This document shows, piece after piece, positions 29,963-38,000 of a stretch of DNA of 64,000 bases. Both the position numbers and the translations under genes were made by a program. Each line of letters begins with the position of its first letter. The first letter of the stretch is position 1. Origin of the DNA: an uncultured Gammaproteobacteria bacterium (lineage in GTDB: Bacteria > Patescibacteriota > Patescibacteriia > SBBC01 > CAIJZX01). Under the pieces are notes generated by a model that was not told where the DNA came from, searched no databases, and saw nothing but the letters and a program-made list of their open reading frames with translations. The stretch spans positions 116,012-180,011 of the forward strand of contig CAYNGY010000002.1 of NCBI GenBank assembly GCA_964397195.1, read 5' to 3'.

Positions 29963-31432
29963 TTATTGGTCTCGTGGCGTATGTCGAAAAACCCAGTATT
30001 GCTCGCGATGATAGAGCAAGGTCCAGTTTGGGTCCTGTCGCAGTTCTTCAACGCGGGCGGCTATCTGCTCATTCGCTACAAACTCATAGAGTCCGCCGGT
30101 TAAGATGATCGCCACGTCGGCGTCGTTCACGGCATTCGGGAATCCCCAAATATATTCGCGTTGGGAAAATTGCGGTACGACATTGTTGGTAGCCACAATT
30201 CGATCAGATACTTTCAGGAGCGGTTTCGTTTTTGCCACGTCGGCTCGATAGGGCGAGGTGATGAACGGACGAATCGCATCGCCGTGGAATCGGGAACCGG
30301 GAATCGGACTCCACGCATAGAGCGAAATGAGTACGGCCGCGATCACACCGCCGATAGCATATCGTTCGAGTCGCTCATGAGGCCATGTTGGGCGGTACCG
30401 GCGAATCCAAATGCGGGCGCGACGCCAACCGTCGATGGTGGCGAGGAGCACAAACGGTGTAATAACGCTGTAGTATTGAAAAAAGATAGCGTACTGGTTG
30501 ACGTTATTACTGAGCAGGTTAATCAGTAGTTCCGGCAGGGCGAGGATCAGGATCGGGAGTCCGAAGACTGCGATCCCGCCGACGGGAATGAGTAGAAATT
30601 TAAAGGCCCAATGACGTTGTTCGCTGAAGAGATCACTGATGACGCGCCACGGATGGGTGATAACCGTTTTGATCACCTCTTCGTATGAGTTTCCGTAGGC
30701 TTGGTAGTACTCAAGCGCGAAGTGCTCCGATGATCCCCGGGCGCTCGGGATGGCCCAGCCGAGCATCAGCGCGGTCCAAGCTAAACCGATGACGATACTG
30801 CCGATGGCTACCCAGCGGTGACTGCGGCGCCAGACCCAGTAGAGACCAATCGCGGCGATGGCAATCCCGACTTCTTCCTTGGATAGCATGGTCGCAAACG
30901 CGAGTACCCCATATAGCCACCAGCGCTTTTCGCTCATCGCCCACCAGGCCCAGAGGATGAGCGGTGTGGCCAGGACCACGGCGTGGACATCAAACATGGT
31001 CGCCCAATGCAGTGTCGGGAAGAGGAGATAGAGGGCGGCAATGAACACGGCCACGCGATCATCGAGGAGTTTTCGTCCAATCCAAAAGAGGGGAATCGCG
31101 CCGCTGACAACGGCGAGGACCTGAAGGACTAACATCGTCCGTGGATCCGGCCAGAGCGCGTAGAATGGTAGGTAGCTCAGGAGGAGATAGTCGGCATGGA
31201 TGGCGGTGCGCAGGATGTGCGTTGGGGCGCCGGGGTCGGTCAGTTGAAAGAAATTGCCGTGTAGTGAGTTCCAGAGCACCTGGTCCATGTTGCCCATGTC
31301 GAACTGGGCGGTGACCAGGTTTGTTTGGCGGAGCCAGTTGCTTGTCCCAAACCACGCCACAAACACGCCTATGATGATCATCAGGTAGACGGATGGTCGA
31401 CGTGAACGCAGATACTGCAAAAACGGCTTCAT
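29963..31432 (-). CDS. DUF2079-family (GT-C-like) membrane protein
   Basis: FDMGNMDQVLWNSLHG; FDVH; KEE; many TMs. Confidence 0.8.
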   Translation of the reverse strand: MKPFLQYLRSRRPSVYLMIIIGVFVAWFGTSNWLRQTNLVTAQFDMGNMDQVLWNSLHGNFFQLTDPGAPTHILRTAIHADYLLLSYLPFYALWPDPRTMLVLQVLAVVSGAIPLFWIGRKLLDDRVAVFIAALYLLFPTLHWATMFDVHAVVLATPLILWAWWAMSEKRWWLYGVLAFATMLSKEEVGIAIAAIGLYWVWRRSHRWVAIGSIVIGLAWTALMLGWAIPSARGSSEHFALEYYQAYGNSYEEVIKTVITHPWRVISDLFSEQRHWAFKFLLIPVGGIAVFGLPILILALPELLINLLSNNVNQYAIFFQYYSVITPFVLLATIDGWRRARIWIRRYRPTWPHERLERYAIGGVIAAVLISLYAWSPIPGSRFHGDAIRPFITSPYRADVAKTKPLLKVSDRIVATNNVVPQFSQREYIWGFPNAVNDADVAIILTGGLYEFVANEQIAARVEELRQDPNWTLLYHREQYWVFRHTPRDQ

Positions 31433-31552
31433 AGGGGCATTGTACCATATTTTTTCGGAGGTCGGGAGTCTCTTTTTATCTTATGTTAGCCAAACTTTAT
31501 AGTATGACAAACGAAACTGAAAAAACGCTGAAGGCTAGGGCGGGAGGAAGTT

Positions 31553-31918
31553 TTACGAATCGCGCAAGATTTTTTCCATCTTCCGCCCGGTCGCTAATTC
31601 GTCTACCAGCTTATCCAAATACCGGACTTTTTTCGTGAGCGGGTTCTTAAGATCTTCAATCCGATATCCACAAATCACGCCGGTGATGCGGTTTGCTTTT
31701 GTGTTGAGCGTCGCCTCGTGGAAGAACGTTTCGAATGTGACGTTTCTCTTGATCAGTTCCCGTAGCTTTTTTGTATCAAAACCCGTTAGCCAAGTGATGA
31801 CTTGGTGGAGTTCTTTTTTCGTTCGGCCTTTCCGTTCTACTTTTGCGAGATATAACGGGTAGACCGTGGCGAAGGTCATCTGCGCCATTCGTTGATGGTG
31901 TGTTTGGTTGGGGGTCAT
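31553..31918 (-). CDS. DUF2200-family protein (cassette)
   Basis: MTFATVYPLYLAKVERKGRTK; ITGVICGYRIE; RYLDKLVDELA. Confidence 0.9.
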   Translation of the reverse strand: MTPNQTHHQRMAQMTFATVYPLYLAKVERKGRTKKELHQVITWLTGFDTKKLRELIKRNVTFETFFHEATLNTKANRITGVICGYRIEDLKNPLTKKVRYLDKLVDELATGRKMEKILRDS

Positions 31919-31933
31919 GGTGATGGGAATTTC

Positions 31934-32009
31934 GGCTAACGTTTGCGGCTCATGCGCGGCGGACCCTGAGCGAAGTCGAAGAGGGAGTGGCGGATAGACG
32001 CTGTTAGGT
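31934..32009 (-). repeat. attC site (76 bp)
   Basis: GGCTAAC-GTTTGCG...CGCT-GTTAGGT imperfect palindrome; nearly identical to 33616-33691. Confidence 0.8.
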
Positions 32010-32021
32010 AGCGTTGTCCGT

Positions 32022-32603
32022 CTATGACTTCAGACATTCCTCTAGCAGTTCGGGAAATTCGACAGTGCCTAAGTCACTAAGACAAAAATGTCCTTTATTG
32101 GCAAACTCTTGATAGGTCGCCTGATCAATGTTTTCTCGAATGAGATCAATTGTTTTTAGAACACTTTCATCATCATTTTTTGAGTAAAACACAGAAACAC
32201 CGCCGGTTCGTGAAACGAGATCTCGATCTATTGAAAAGTTAAAGAAATCCGCTGTGTCAGAGTGAGGGTTATTGGAAGGGTTGGTCCAGGGTGCAACGAG
32301 AACCACCTTACCGACGCGAAGATCTTTATGTTCGCTGAGGTATCGGAGTAAAAAACCACCACCACAGCTATGACCGACTAGCATTGTTTCGGGGGTCAAT
32401 TCAAAGCGCTCCAATTCTTTCTTCCATAGAGCATAGCGCGGTTGCCATGGTGTTGGAATTTCCAGTGCGACAGTAAAAATATCCTTGAGCATCAGTTGCT
32501 TCGAAAGCCAAGGAAACCAATGATCATTGCTATTTGTTGGACGTACCGGATCGTAGTATTCTTCTCGATCAGGTCGTCCGGGAATTAGTATCGTGTTTCT
32601 CAT
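32022..32603 (-). CDS. RBBP9/YdeN-family alpha/beta hydrolase (cassette)
   Basis: HWFPWL; GHSCGG nucleophile elbow; LVAP; DD; GHF. Confidence 0.85.
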   Translation of the reverse strand: MRNTILIPGRPDREEYYDPVRPTNSNDHWFPWLSKQLMLKDIFTVALEIPTPWQPRYALWKKELERFELTPETMLVGHSCGGGFLLRYLSEHKDLRVGKVVLVAPWTNPSNNPHSDTADFFNFSIDRDLVSRTGGVSVFYSKNDDESVLKTIDLIRENIDQATYQEFANKGHFCLSDLGTVEFPELLEECLKS

Positions 32604-32636
32604 AGACTTGAATAATATTGGTGGCCGGTCGATTTC

Positions 32637-33592
32637 ACACAACGTCCGCGGATATGAGAAGTTGCTGCTTCGTTTCGGCGGTACAATTCTACCACCGCCG
32701 GGGCGAAGCAGCAATTTGCACGTAGGAAATTGGGTTGGGTTTCTTCTTGTGACATCTTGATGTTTAGACAACACCCGACAGTTTCCTGCCGGGTGCTTTG
32801 GAGCATTCTTGTTTATGCGCTGGTCTGAATGAGCAGGGAATCCGCCTCTTCCGGCCTCGGCTCTTCGAACCGTGGCTGCTGGATCTGCCGATAGAGATCC
32901 ACCCAGGCGGCCGGACGCCCACGCTGACGGAGCTGATCATCGGCTCGTTGTAGCCGCTCGAGCAACCTGACTTCTTGGCATTGGATCCAGACGATTTCCG
33001 TCTGGTATCCATATTGCTTGGCTAGCTTGAGCCGCTCGACTCGTTCCTTGCGCACGAGGTTGCAGGAATCATTGACGACATTCACGCCTTGTTGGAAGGC
33101 GGCGGCTAGAACAACTTGCCGTACCTTTTGCGTCAGCCACTGCCGTGGCCAGTAGGCTGGTCCAGTGACCGTCCTGTCGTCGTTGAGCCAGGGAAAAGCA
33201 GCGTTTAGTCGAACGTGAATCTGATCAGTGCTGAGTTGGAAGAATCGTGCCCTCACCGAATCGTGTTCCAGCCAGTAGTTCTTGCCTGACTTGGAATACC
33301 CGACCATCGCTACGAACTTTCGTTCTCGCGGGTACTCATCCCATGCCTTGATGAAACCGGAAACAACGGTCTTCAGCCGAGACCTATTTTCAGGGACGAG
33401 TAGCTTGATCTCCGTCAGCAAAACGGCAAAGAGCTTTCGCATGTCGACCTCTTTCGTGGGTACGTATACAGCGTGCCGTGCTACTCTACACTTTTTTTTA
33501 AAAAAGTCAAGTCCCTTTGCATGAACGGCGGTGTGACTAGGGGTAACGAAAAACCAACCCCGATTTCCTCCGTCTCCTATCCGCTGTTAGAC
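32637..33592 (-). repeat. split/expanded attC: arms at 32637-32717 and 33573-33592 around an insert
   Basis: ACACAAC-GTCC-GCGGATATGAGA pairs with TCTCCTATCCGC-T-GTTAGAC, same geometry as the intact sites. Confidence 0.65.
32813..33442 (-). CDS. P-loop kinase-like (AAA_33-type) protein, paralog of 19014-19676
   Basis: VGYSKSGKN Walker A; VNDSCNL...R; RFEEP; own TTGACT/TAGAGT promoter at about 33510-33483. Confidence 0.75.
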   Translation of the reverse strand: MRKLFAVLLTEIKLLVPENRSRLKTVVSGFIKAWDEYPRERKFVAMVGYSKSGKNYWLEHDSVRARFFQLSTDQIHVRLNAAFPWLNDDRTVTGPAYWPRQWLTQKVRQVVLAAAFQQGVNVVNDSCNLVRKERVERLKLAKQYGYQTEIVWIQCQEVRLLERLQRADDQLRQRGRPAAWVDLYRQIQQPRFEEPRPEEADSLLIQTSA

Positions 33593-33615
33593 GATGCGGT
33601 GCGCAGCGGAGTTTC

Positions 33616-33691
33616 GACTAACGTTTGCGTCTCATCCGCGGCGGACCCTGAGCGAAGTCGAAGAGGCAGTGGCGGATAGACGCTGTTAAGT
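33616..33691 (-). repeat. attC site (76 bp)
   Basis: GACTAAC-GTTT-GCGTCTCATCCGC...GCGGATAGACGC-T-GTTAAGT. Confidence 0.82.
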
Positions 33692-33809
33692 GATGTAAAC
33701 TTCTATCTTCGTTTTTCTGTACAAATTATGTTTATTGTTTAGGAAAGTATTATTTCTGTTTCAGGAAAAGTGAGAGTGGCTGGGAGTAAATCGTTTTTGT
33801 CATTATTCC

Positions 33810-34550
33810 TTATTTGGGCTTTACTGCTTTAATCCATAATGCCATCGGAGTAGTTTGTCTATATGCTAAATCAGAATATTTCCTTGCTAGTTTTACCGAT
33901 GGTTTTGGTTCTGTTATTTCTGAAATGTAAAAACCAGCTTGCGTTAAAGAGTTTGCTAAATCGGATAATGTCCAATGGTAGTCTTGATACAGAGTTTCTT
34001 TGCCATCAAGTCGTCTTGAAACTATTTGTATAACGCTTCCGCTTGAAAAATAGTTGTACTCAACTGGTGTTCTGATATTATCAGGTTTTGAAGATGGGGC
34101 GAAGGGATGTATTTCGCTTATGATGATAATGCCAGATTTTTTGAGCAGGGCAAAAGCATCTGTCATGATTTTATTTATTTTCTTTATTGATGTAATCTCC
34201 AAAAGTACGTGTTCAAGTAGAACAAAATCAAATGAATTATTTTGTAGACCTAGTTGTTCTAATTTTGTGATATCGCCTTGAACGTATGTAGTTTTCGGAT
34301 TGCTTTTGTTGGCGAGTTCAAGTTGTTTTTTTTCTATCTCCACGCCCGTGCCGATGGCGCCACGTTTTGAAAGTAAATCAAGCCAATAACCATTGCCACT
34401 GCCAAGCTCGAGTACTTTTTTATTTTTTACATTGCCGAACATTCGAAGTAGTTCTGGCTCACCAATGTATTTTTTACCAAAGTTTGGAGTGTAAGCACTC
34501 TTGGCTTGTTTTTCAGTCCACTCGTGTTTTTTTAGATGGTTGCTTGTCAT
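33810..34550 (-). CDS. class I SAM-dependent methyltransferase (AT-rich cassette)
   Basis: VLELGSGNG; QGDIT; SFDFV; HP; HWTLSDLANSLTQAGF. Confidence 0.85.
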   Translation of the reverse strand: MTSNHLKKHEWTEKQAKSAYTPNFGKKYIGEPELLRMFGNVKNKKVLELGSGNGYWLDLLSKRGAIGTGVEIEKKQLELANKSNPKTTYVQGDITKLEQLGLQNNSFDFVLLEHVLLEITSIKKINKIMTDAFALLKKSGIIIISEIHPFAPSSKPDNIRTPVEYNYFSSGSVIQIVSRRLDGKETLYQDYHWTLSDLANSLTQAGFYISEITEPKPSVKLARKYSDLAYRQTTPMALWIKAVKPK

Positions 34551-34663
34551 AATATATACCTAGTTATTCCTTGCTCACCCTACATCGATTATTAAAGTAA
34601 TATTTTCCGTGGCTTTTAATATCACTGATGTTTTATATATGTACTAAGATAAAAGTTTATTTC

Positions 34664-34726
34664 ACTTAACGTTTGCGTCTCATCCGCGGCGAAGCGTAGC
34701 GGAGTGGCGGATAGACGCCGTTAGGC
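34664..34726 (-). repeat. attC site (63 bp)
   Basis: ACTTAAC-GTTT-GCGTCTCATCCGC...GCGGATAGACGC-C-GTTAGGC. Confidence 0.82.
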
Positions 34727-34742
34727 GCCGTAATAATAGGTG

Positions 34743-35093
34743 CTATAAGGCTATAGATTCTTTTTTTGAGAATTTGGCACCTAAGCAATCCCAACCCTTT
34801 GTTACCATTTTACAACTTGTGGTGGGAAAGTCCGACTCCCTTTCCTTATTTGTCGGATAGATGATCCCAGCACACCATCCAGAGGTCTCATTAACATAGA
34901 TGATTGATGGAATACCCAGATCCTCAATAAAAAATTGATTTGTATTCAATGCTGGGGAATTTATGTTTCGCGCGACAGCGTCATTTCTATCACAAGACTT
35001 TACATTTGTTGATAGAGAGTAGGGTTTTGGGATTGTAAAAAACAACATCGTCAGGGTAAGAACTATGATAGTGACAGTAGTTGTTTTTTTCAT
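34743..35093 (-). CDS. secreted hypothetical protein (cassette)
   Basis: signal peptide, four Cys; fills the space between two attC sites. Confidence 0.7.
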   Translation of the reverse strand: MKKTTTVTIIVLTLTMLFFTIPKPYSLSTNVKSCDRNDAVARNINSPALNTNQFFIEDLGIPSIIYVNETSGWCAGIIYPTNKERESDFPTTSCKMVTKGWDCLGAKFSKKESIAL

Positions 35094-35101
35094 ATTATGG
35101 C

Positions 35102-35157
35102 GCCTAACGTTTGCGACTATACGAAGTACTCGTTATTTCGAATAGTCGCTGTTAGGA
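35102..35157 (-). repeat. attC site (56 bp)
   Basis: GCCTAAC-GTTT-GCGACTAT-A-CGAA...TTCG-A-ATAGTCGC-T-GTTAGGA. Confidence 0.82.
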
Positions 35158-35184
35158 GCTGTCGAATATTTTTCAATGTTGGGG

Positions 35185-35601
35185 TTAATAAACATACCAG
35201 CCAGACCCATTACATAAAATCTGTTGTTGTGAAAATGGTATTCCAAAGAATGTATATCCGGTAACCCGTGCCTGATACGGCTTGCTCATTGGCGTGATCT
35301 TTTCATCACCACCAATCATGATGCCAGCACAACGCTGCGCTGTATCTTTTACATCGTCATATCCCGTGTCGTTTGGTGTTAGTTCTTTAATCCAGGCTAC
35401 GCGTCGACGAATTTCGAGACCGTGCTGGATAGGATTCCCGTGGTAACTTGATTCAATGAGCGCATAACGAGCGAATTCTCTCTGATCACCTGTGTATGAC
35501 TTTGCGTTATCGCCAGTGAGCAAGGGAATACCAAGGGCGGCTACAATTCCTACGATAACAAACAACCAGATTGTCTGTGTTCTATTGAATTTCATATACA
35601 T
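35185..35601 (-). CDS. membrane-anchored hypothetical protein (first cassette)
   Basis: N-terminal TM; YTFFGIP motif; lies between the attI-like site and the first attC. Confidence 0.7.
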   Translation of the reverse strand: MYMKFNRTQTIWLFVIVGIVAALGIPLLTGDNAKSYTGDQREFARYALIESSYHGNPIQHGLEIRRRVAWIKELTPNDTGYDDVKDTAQRCAGIMIGGDEKITPMSKPYQARVTGYTFFGIPFSQQQILCNGSGWYVY

Positions 35602-35620
35602 CTAGGAAAAATATTCGATT

Positions 35621-35646
35621 GCTCCTAACTCGTTATTATGCGAACT
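35621..35646 (-). other. attI-like recombination site
   Basis: minus strand AGTTC-GCATAAT-AACGA-GTTAGGAGC = L box, 5 bp, GTTRRR core; no attC hairpin upstream; core complementary to the first cassette's R''. Confidence 0.55.
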
Positions 35647-35837
35647 CTGGGGATTGGATACGCCAAGTATCTCACCATTAATCAAGTTTTGCCAGTCTTC
35701 TGGTAGACGTGTTTCGTAGAGATTCAGGGGGGGGCAAAATGACCTGGTCATTTTCGGGTAAGGGCCGCGCTCCTCGATCCCGCTTCGTACGACAAGCCCA
35801 GCCCTTCGATGGGTTTTGTGGGCGGATGAATTTTTCT

Positions 35838-35914
35838 TGGTACCGGGGGGCGGGATCGAACCGCCGACCTCGGGCTTATGAGTCCCGCGCTCTAACCAAC
35901 TGAGCTACCCCGGC
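35838..35914 (-). tRNA. tRNA with CAT anticodon (elongator Met; Ile2 not excluded)
   Basis: GCCGGGGTAGCTCAGTTGG...CTCATAA...GGTTCGATCC...CCCCGGTACCA cloverleaf with encoded CCA. Confidence 0.92.
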
Positions 35915-35963
35915 AAGATGTTGTATTGTGTTTGTTTTAGTGGGCCTTTTTTATTGTTTCTAC

Positions 35964-36076
35964 CTAGGTTCCGGGGCGTGTCTGTTCCTGCGGAACATGG
36001 ACCCGCCCGTCTCGCCCCGCGAAAACAGAAGCAGTTCTGTTTTCTTGTGGGCTCGACCCAACTGAGCTACCCCGGC
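35964..36076 (-). pseudogene. tRNA-like duplicate / pseudo-tRNA upstream of tRNA-Met
   Basis: 5' 19 nt identical to the tRNA; D-stem and most of the acceptor stem can form (ends CCCCGGAACCT); no normal anticodon or T loop. Confidence 0.45.
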
Positions 36077-36144
36077 AAGAAATGGTTTGACTATGCCCAC
36101 GCAGGGCTTGGCCAATCTACAATTTTTTTCGTTGTGGGTCAAGC

Positions 36145-37494
36145 CTAGAACGAAAAACGTTCATAGTGGATGTGCCGGTCTTCGTATCCGAGGCCTCGGA
36201 GTTGAGTCACCACGGCCTTCATCATCATCGGCGGCCCACACAAGAATACTTCCCGGTCATAGAAGTCTGGGACGAGGCGAACAATCTTTTCTCGGTCAAT
36301 ATATCCCGACTCATACCCAGGGAGTGGAGCATTCAAGAAATACACAATGCGGAAGGCGCCATGTTGCGTGTAGGTGTCGAGCTCGGCGCGGAGGGCAATA
36401 TCTTGTACCGTTCGGTTGGCATAGAGCAGGACCGTATCCCGATCTGTAATGTGCTCGTCGTCGAGCAGCGCCCGGAGCGGGGTAATGCCAATTCCGCCGG
36501 CAATCATTAATATTTTTTTCCGATTCGCCCGGGAGAGAATAAATTGCCCCAATGGGCCGTCAATCAGCACTGGTGTACCCGGGCGGAGTTGTTCGAGCGT
36601 TTTTGTGTAGTCACCGCTGGCCTTCATGGAGAAACGGAGGAAATGGCCATTCGGTCCGGCGGAAAAAGAAAACGGGTGTGACTGCCAGCCGTGGGTGCGG
36701 CTCAGGAAACGAAGATTCGCGTACTGGCCGGGCTTGAAGCCAAAACGATCGAGATGCTTGCCAATAATATAGACCGATGTGACGCCGAGGACTTCCGTCT
36801 GGACATGATCGACCCGAAATTGGTGGAACCAGATGAGCCAGAGTGGTCGAATCCAGCGGTAGATGACGAAACTCCCGCCAACAACGCAGTTGAGGGTTAG
36901 CCAGTAGATCCACGGCCCGCCACTCCGCACATCGCCGGTGTGCAATTGATGGAGGAAGATGAGTCCAACTGCGACATACGTCAGGAGATGGACGAAATAC
37001 CAGGTCTCGTACGGAACTTTTTTTCGGACAATAACTATGGAACTCAAAATGACGACGATCAGGAGAACCGATCCGAGGTAGGAGTTAAAAACGTGCTCGC
37101 GGTTGGTGAGGTAATCGACGAACTGGCCGATGAGCGATGATCCGTTAGACCTCGCTGTGCCGTAGGTCAGTAAAAAAGGATGAGCAATCATCAGTGAGGC
37201 GATGGTGTACCCGATCCAGCGGTGAACAGCATTCAGCTTATCGAACCCAAATGGTCGCTCGATGAACGGCGCTCGGCCGATGAAGAGCAGTTGCAGGAGT
37301 AAGGCAAATTGTCCGAGCAGTCCGGTGAGTCGGCCAAAGGCAAACCAGATATTTCCGTCGCCCGGGTTGTCGAGATAATACGCCGATCCAGTCTGCCAAA
37401 TCCAGATGATTGCTAAAACATTCGCCGCCAATATACTGACGACCGCATACTGAGCGAGTGAGTGGCGATTTGGCCAGCGGAAATAGATGGTCAT
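36145..37494 (-). CDS. ferric reductase-like transmembrane domain + FAD/NAD(P)-binding (FNR) protein
   Basis: HRWIG...H and HLLTY...H heme ligands; HPFS; IDGPLG; AGGIGITP; CGP; ERF end. Confidence 0.9.
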   Translation of the reverse strand: MTIYFRWPNRHSLAQYAVVSILAANVLAIIWIWQTGSAYYLDNPGDGNIWFAFGRLTGLLGQFALLLQLLFIGRAPFIERPFGFDKLNAVHRWIGYTIASLMIAHPFLLTYGTARSNGSSLIGQFVDYLTNREHVFNSYLGSVLLIVVILSSIVIVRKKVPYETWYFVHLLTYVAVGLIFLHQLHTGDVRSGGPWIYWLTLNCVVGGSFVIYRWIRPLWLIWFHQFRVDHVQTEVLGVTSVYIIGKHLDRFGFKPGQYANLRFLSRTHGWQSHPFSFSAGPNGHFLRFSMKASGDYTKTLEQLRPGTPVLIDGPLGQFILSRANRKKILMIAGGIGITPLRALLDDEHITDRDTVLLYANRTVQDIALRAELDTYTQHGAFRIVYFLNAPLPGYESGYIDREKIVRLVPDFYDREVFLCGPPMMMKAVVTQLRGLGYEDRHIHYERFSF

Positions 37495-37997
37495 GGTCGT
37501 TCGAGCGCGATACGGGCGACGGATGGCGTTTCGATGCCGGGCTCAAAAATCAAATGAAGCCCGCGGGCGTCGGATGGAATCAAGAAGGAAAGTTCTTCTT
37601 GAAGACTATCGCCATCGAGTAATGGACCGGAGAGCTGAGTCGAGCCAGATGGGTTGGTGGTTACATCGTAGACCCGTCCGCGATCATCTTTGGCATGAAA
37701 ATGGAGGAGCGGAATGACCTGGATCGTGTGGCCTGTATTATTTCCTAAAAACACTGTGGTCACGAGGTATACGTGGTCGGCTGGGGCGACGATGGGGCTG
37801 GCGCCGGGTGTTCGTTTTGCATCGAGAGCGCGCAAGGCCACACGGTCAATCATGACCGTATCTCCGAGTGTGGCCGTGGCCGATTGAAAATGGAATGTCG
37901 GTTGACCCGGCCAGAAATATATTGCTGCCAACGTCATGCCCGCGGTTACGACGGCGGTGATCAGGACGGTGATAAAGGTGGCGTGGCGCGTCGTCAT
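37491..37997 (-). CDS. DUF4352-like membrane-anchored Ig-fold protein
   Basis: TM; N.T...FHAKDDRGRVYD...LSGPL..G...LSFLIP. Confidence 0.65.
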   Translation of the reverse strand: MTTRHATFITVLITAVVTAGMTLAAIYFWPGQPTFHFQSATATLGDTVMIDRVALRALDAKRTPGASPIVAPADHVYLVTTVFLGNNTGHTIQVIPLLHFHAKDDRGRVYDVTTNPSGSTQLSGPLLDGDSLQEELSFLIPSDARGLHLIFEPGIETPSVARIALERP

Positions 37998-38000
37998 GAC

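Larger units (their letters stand above)
31485..35646 (-). mobile_element. integron gene-cassette array lacking an adjacent integrase (CALIN) with an attI-like site
   Basis: four intact attC-like hairpins, one split attC and one truncated end; co-oriented single genes between them; matching R'/R'' cores; AT-rich cassettes. Confidence 0.8.

Noticed and set aside
32604-32774. Long N-terminal extension of the hydrolase in the ORF track (likewise 40767-40892 for the HAD gene and 20362-20466 for sodA)
   Set aside because: The extensions overlap an attC arm, tRNA-Leu and promoter DNA respectively; family-like sequence begins at the downstream ATGs
31934-35157. Repeats as a CRISPR array
   Set aside because: Repeats are 56-76 bp, separated by whole genes, have attC geometry, and no cas genes are present
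31480-35646. Array ends as a split dif site (AGTTCGCATAA XerC-like; TTATGTTAG XerD-like)
   Set aside because: The two half-sites lie on opposite strands, incompatible with one interrupted dif; attI and attC cores explain them
35736-35754. 9-1-9 palindrome AAAATGACC-T-GGTCATTTT between the attI-like site and the tRNA
   Set aside because: Single copy with no assignable regulator; could be chance or part of the tRNA trailer structure
35896-36080. tRNA repeat as attL/attR of an integrated element
   Set aside because: The repeats are only 162 bp apart, cover the 5' end of the tRNA, and enclose no genes
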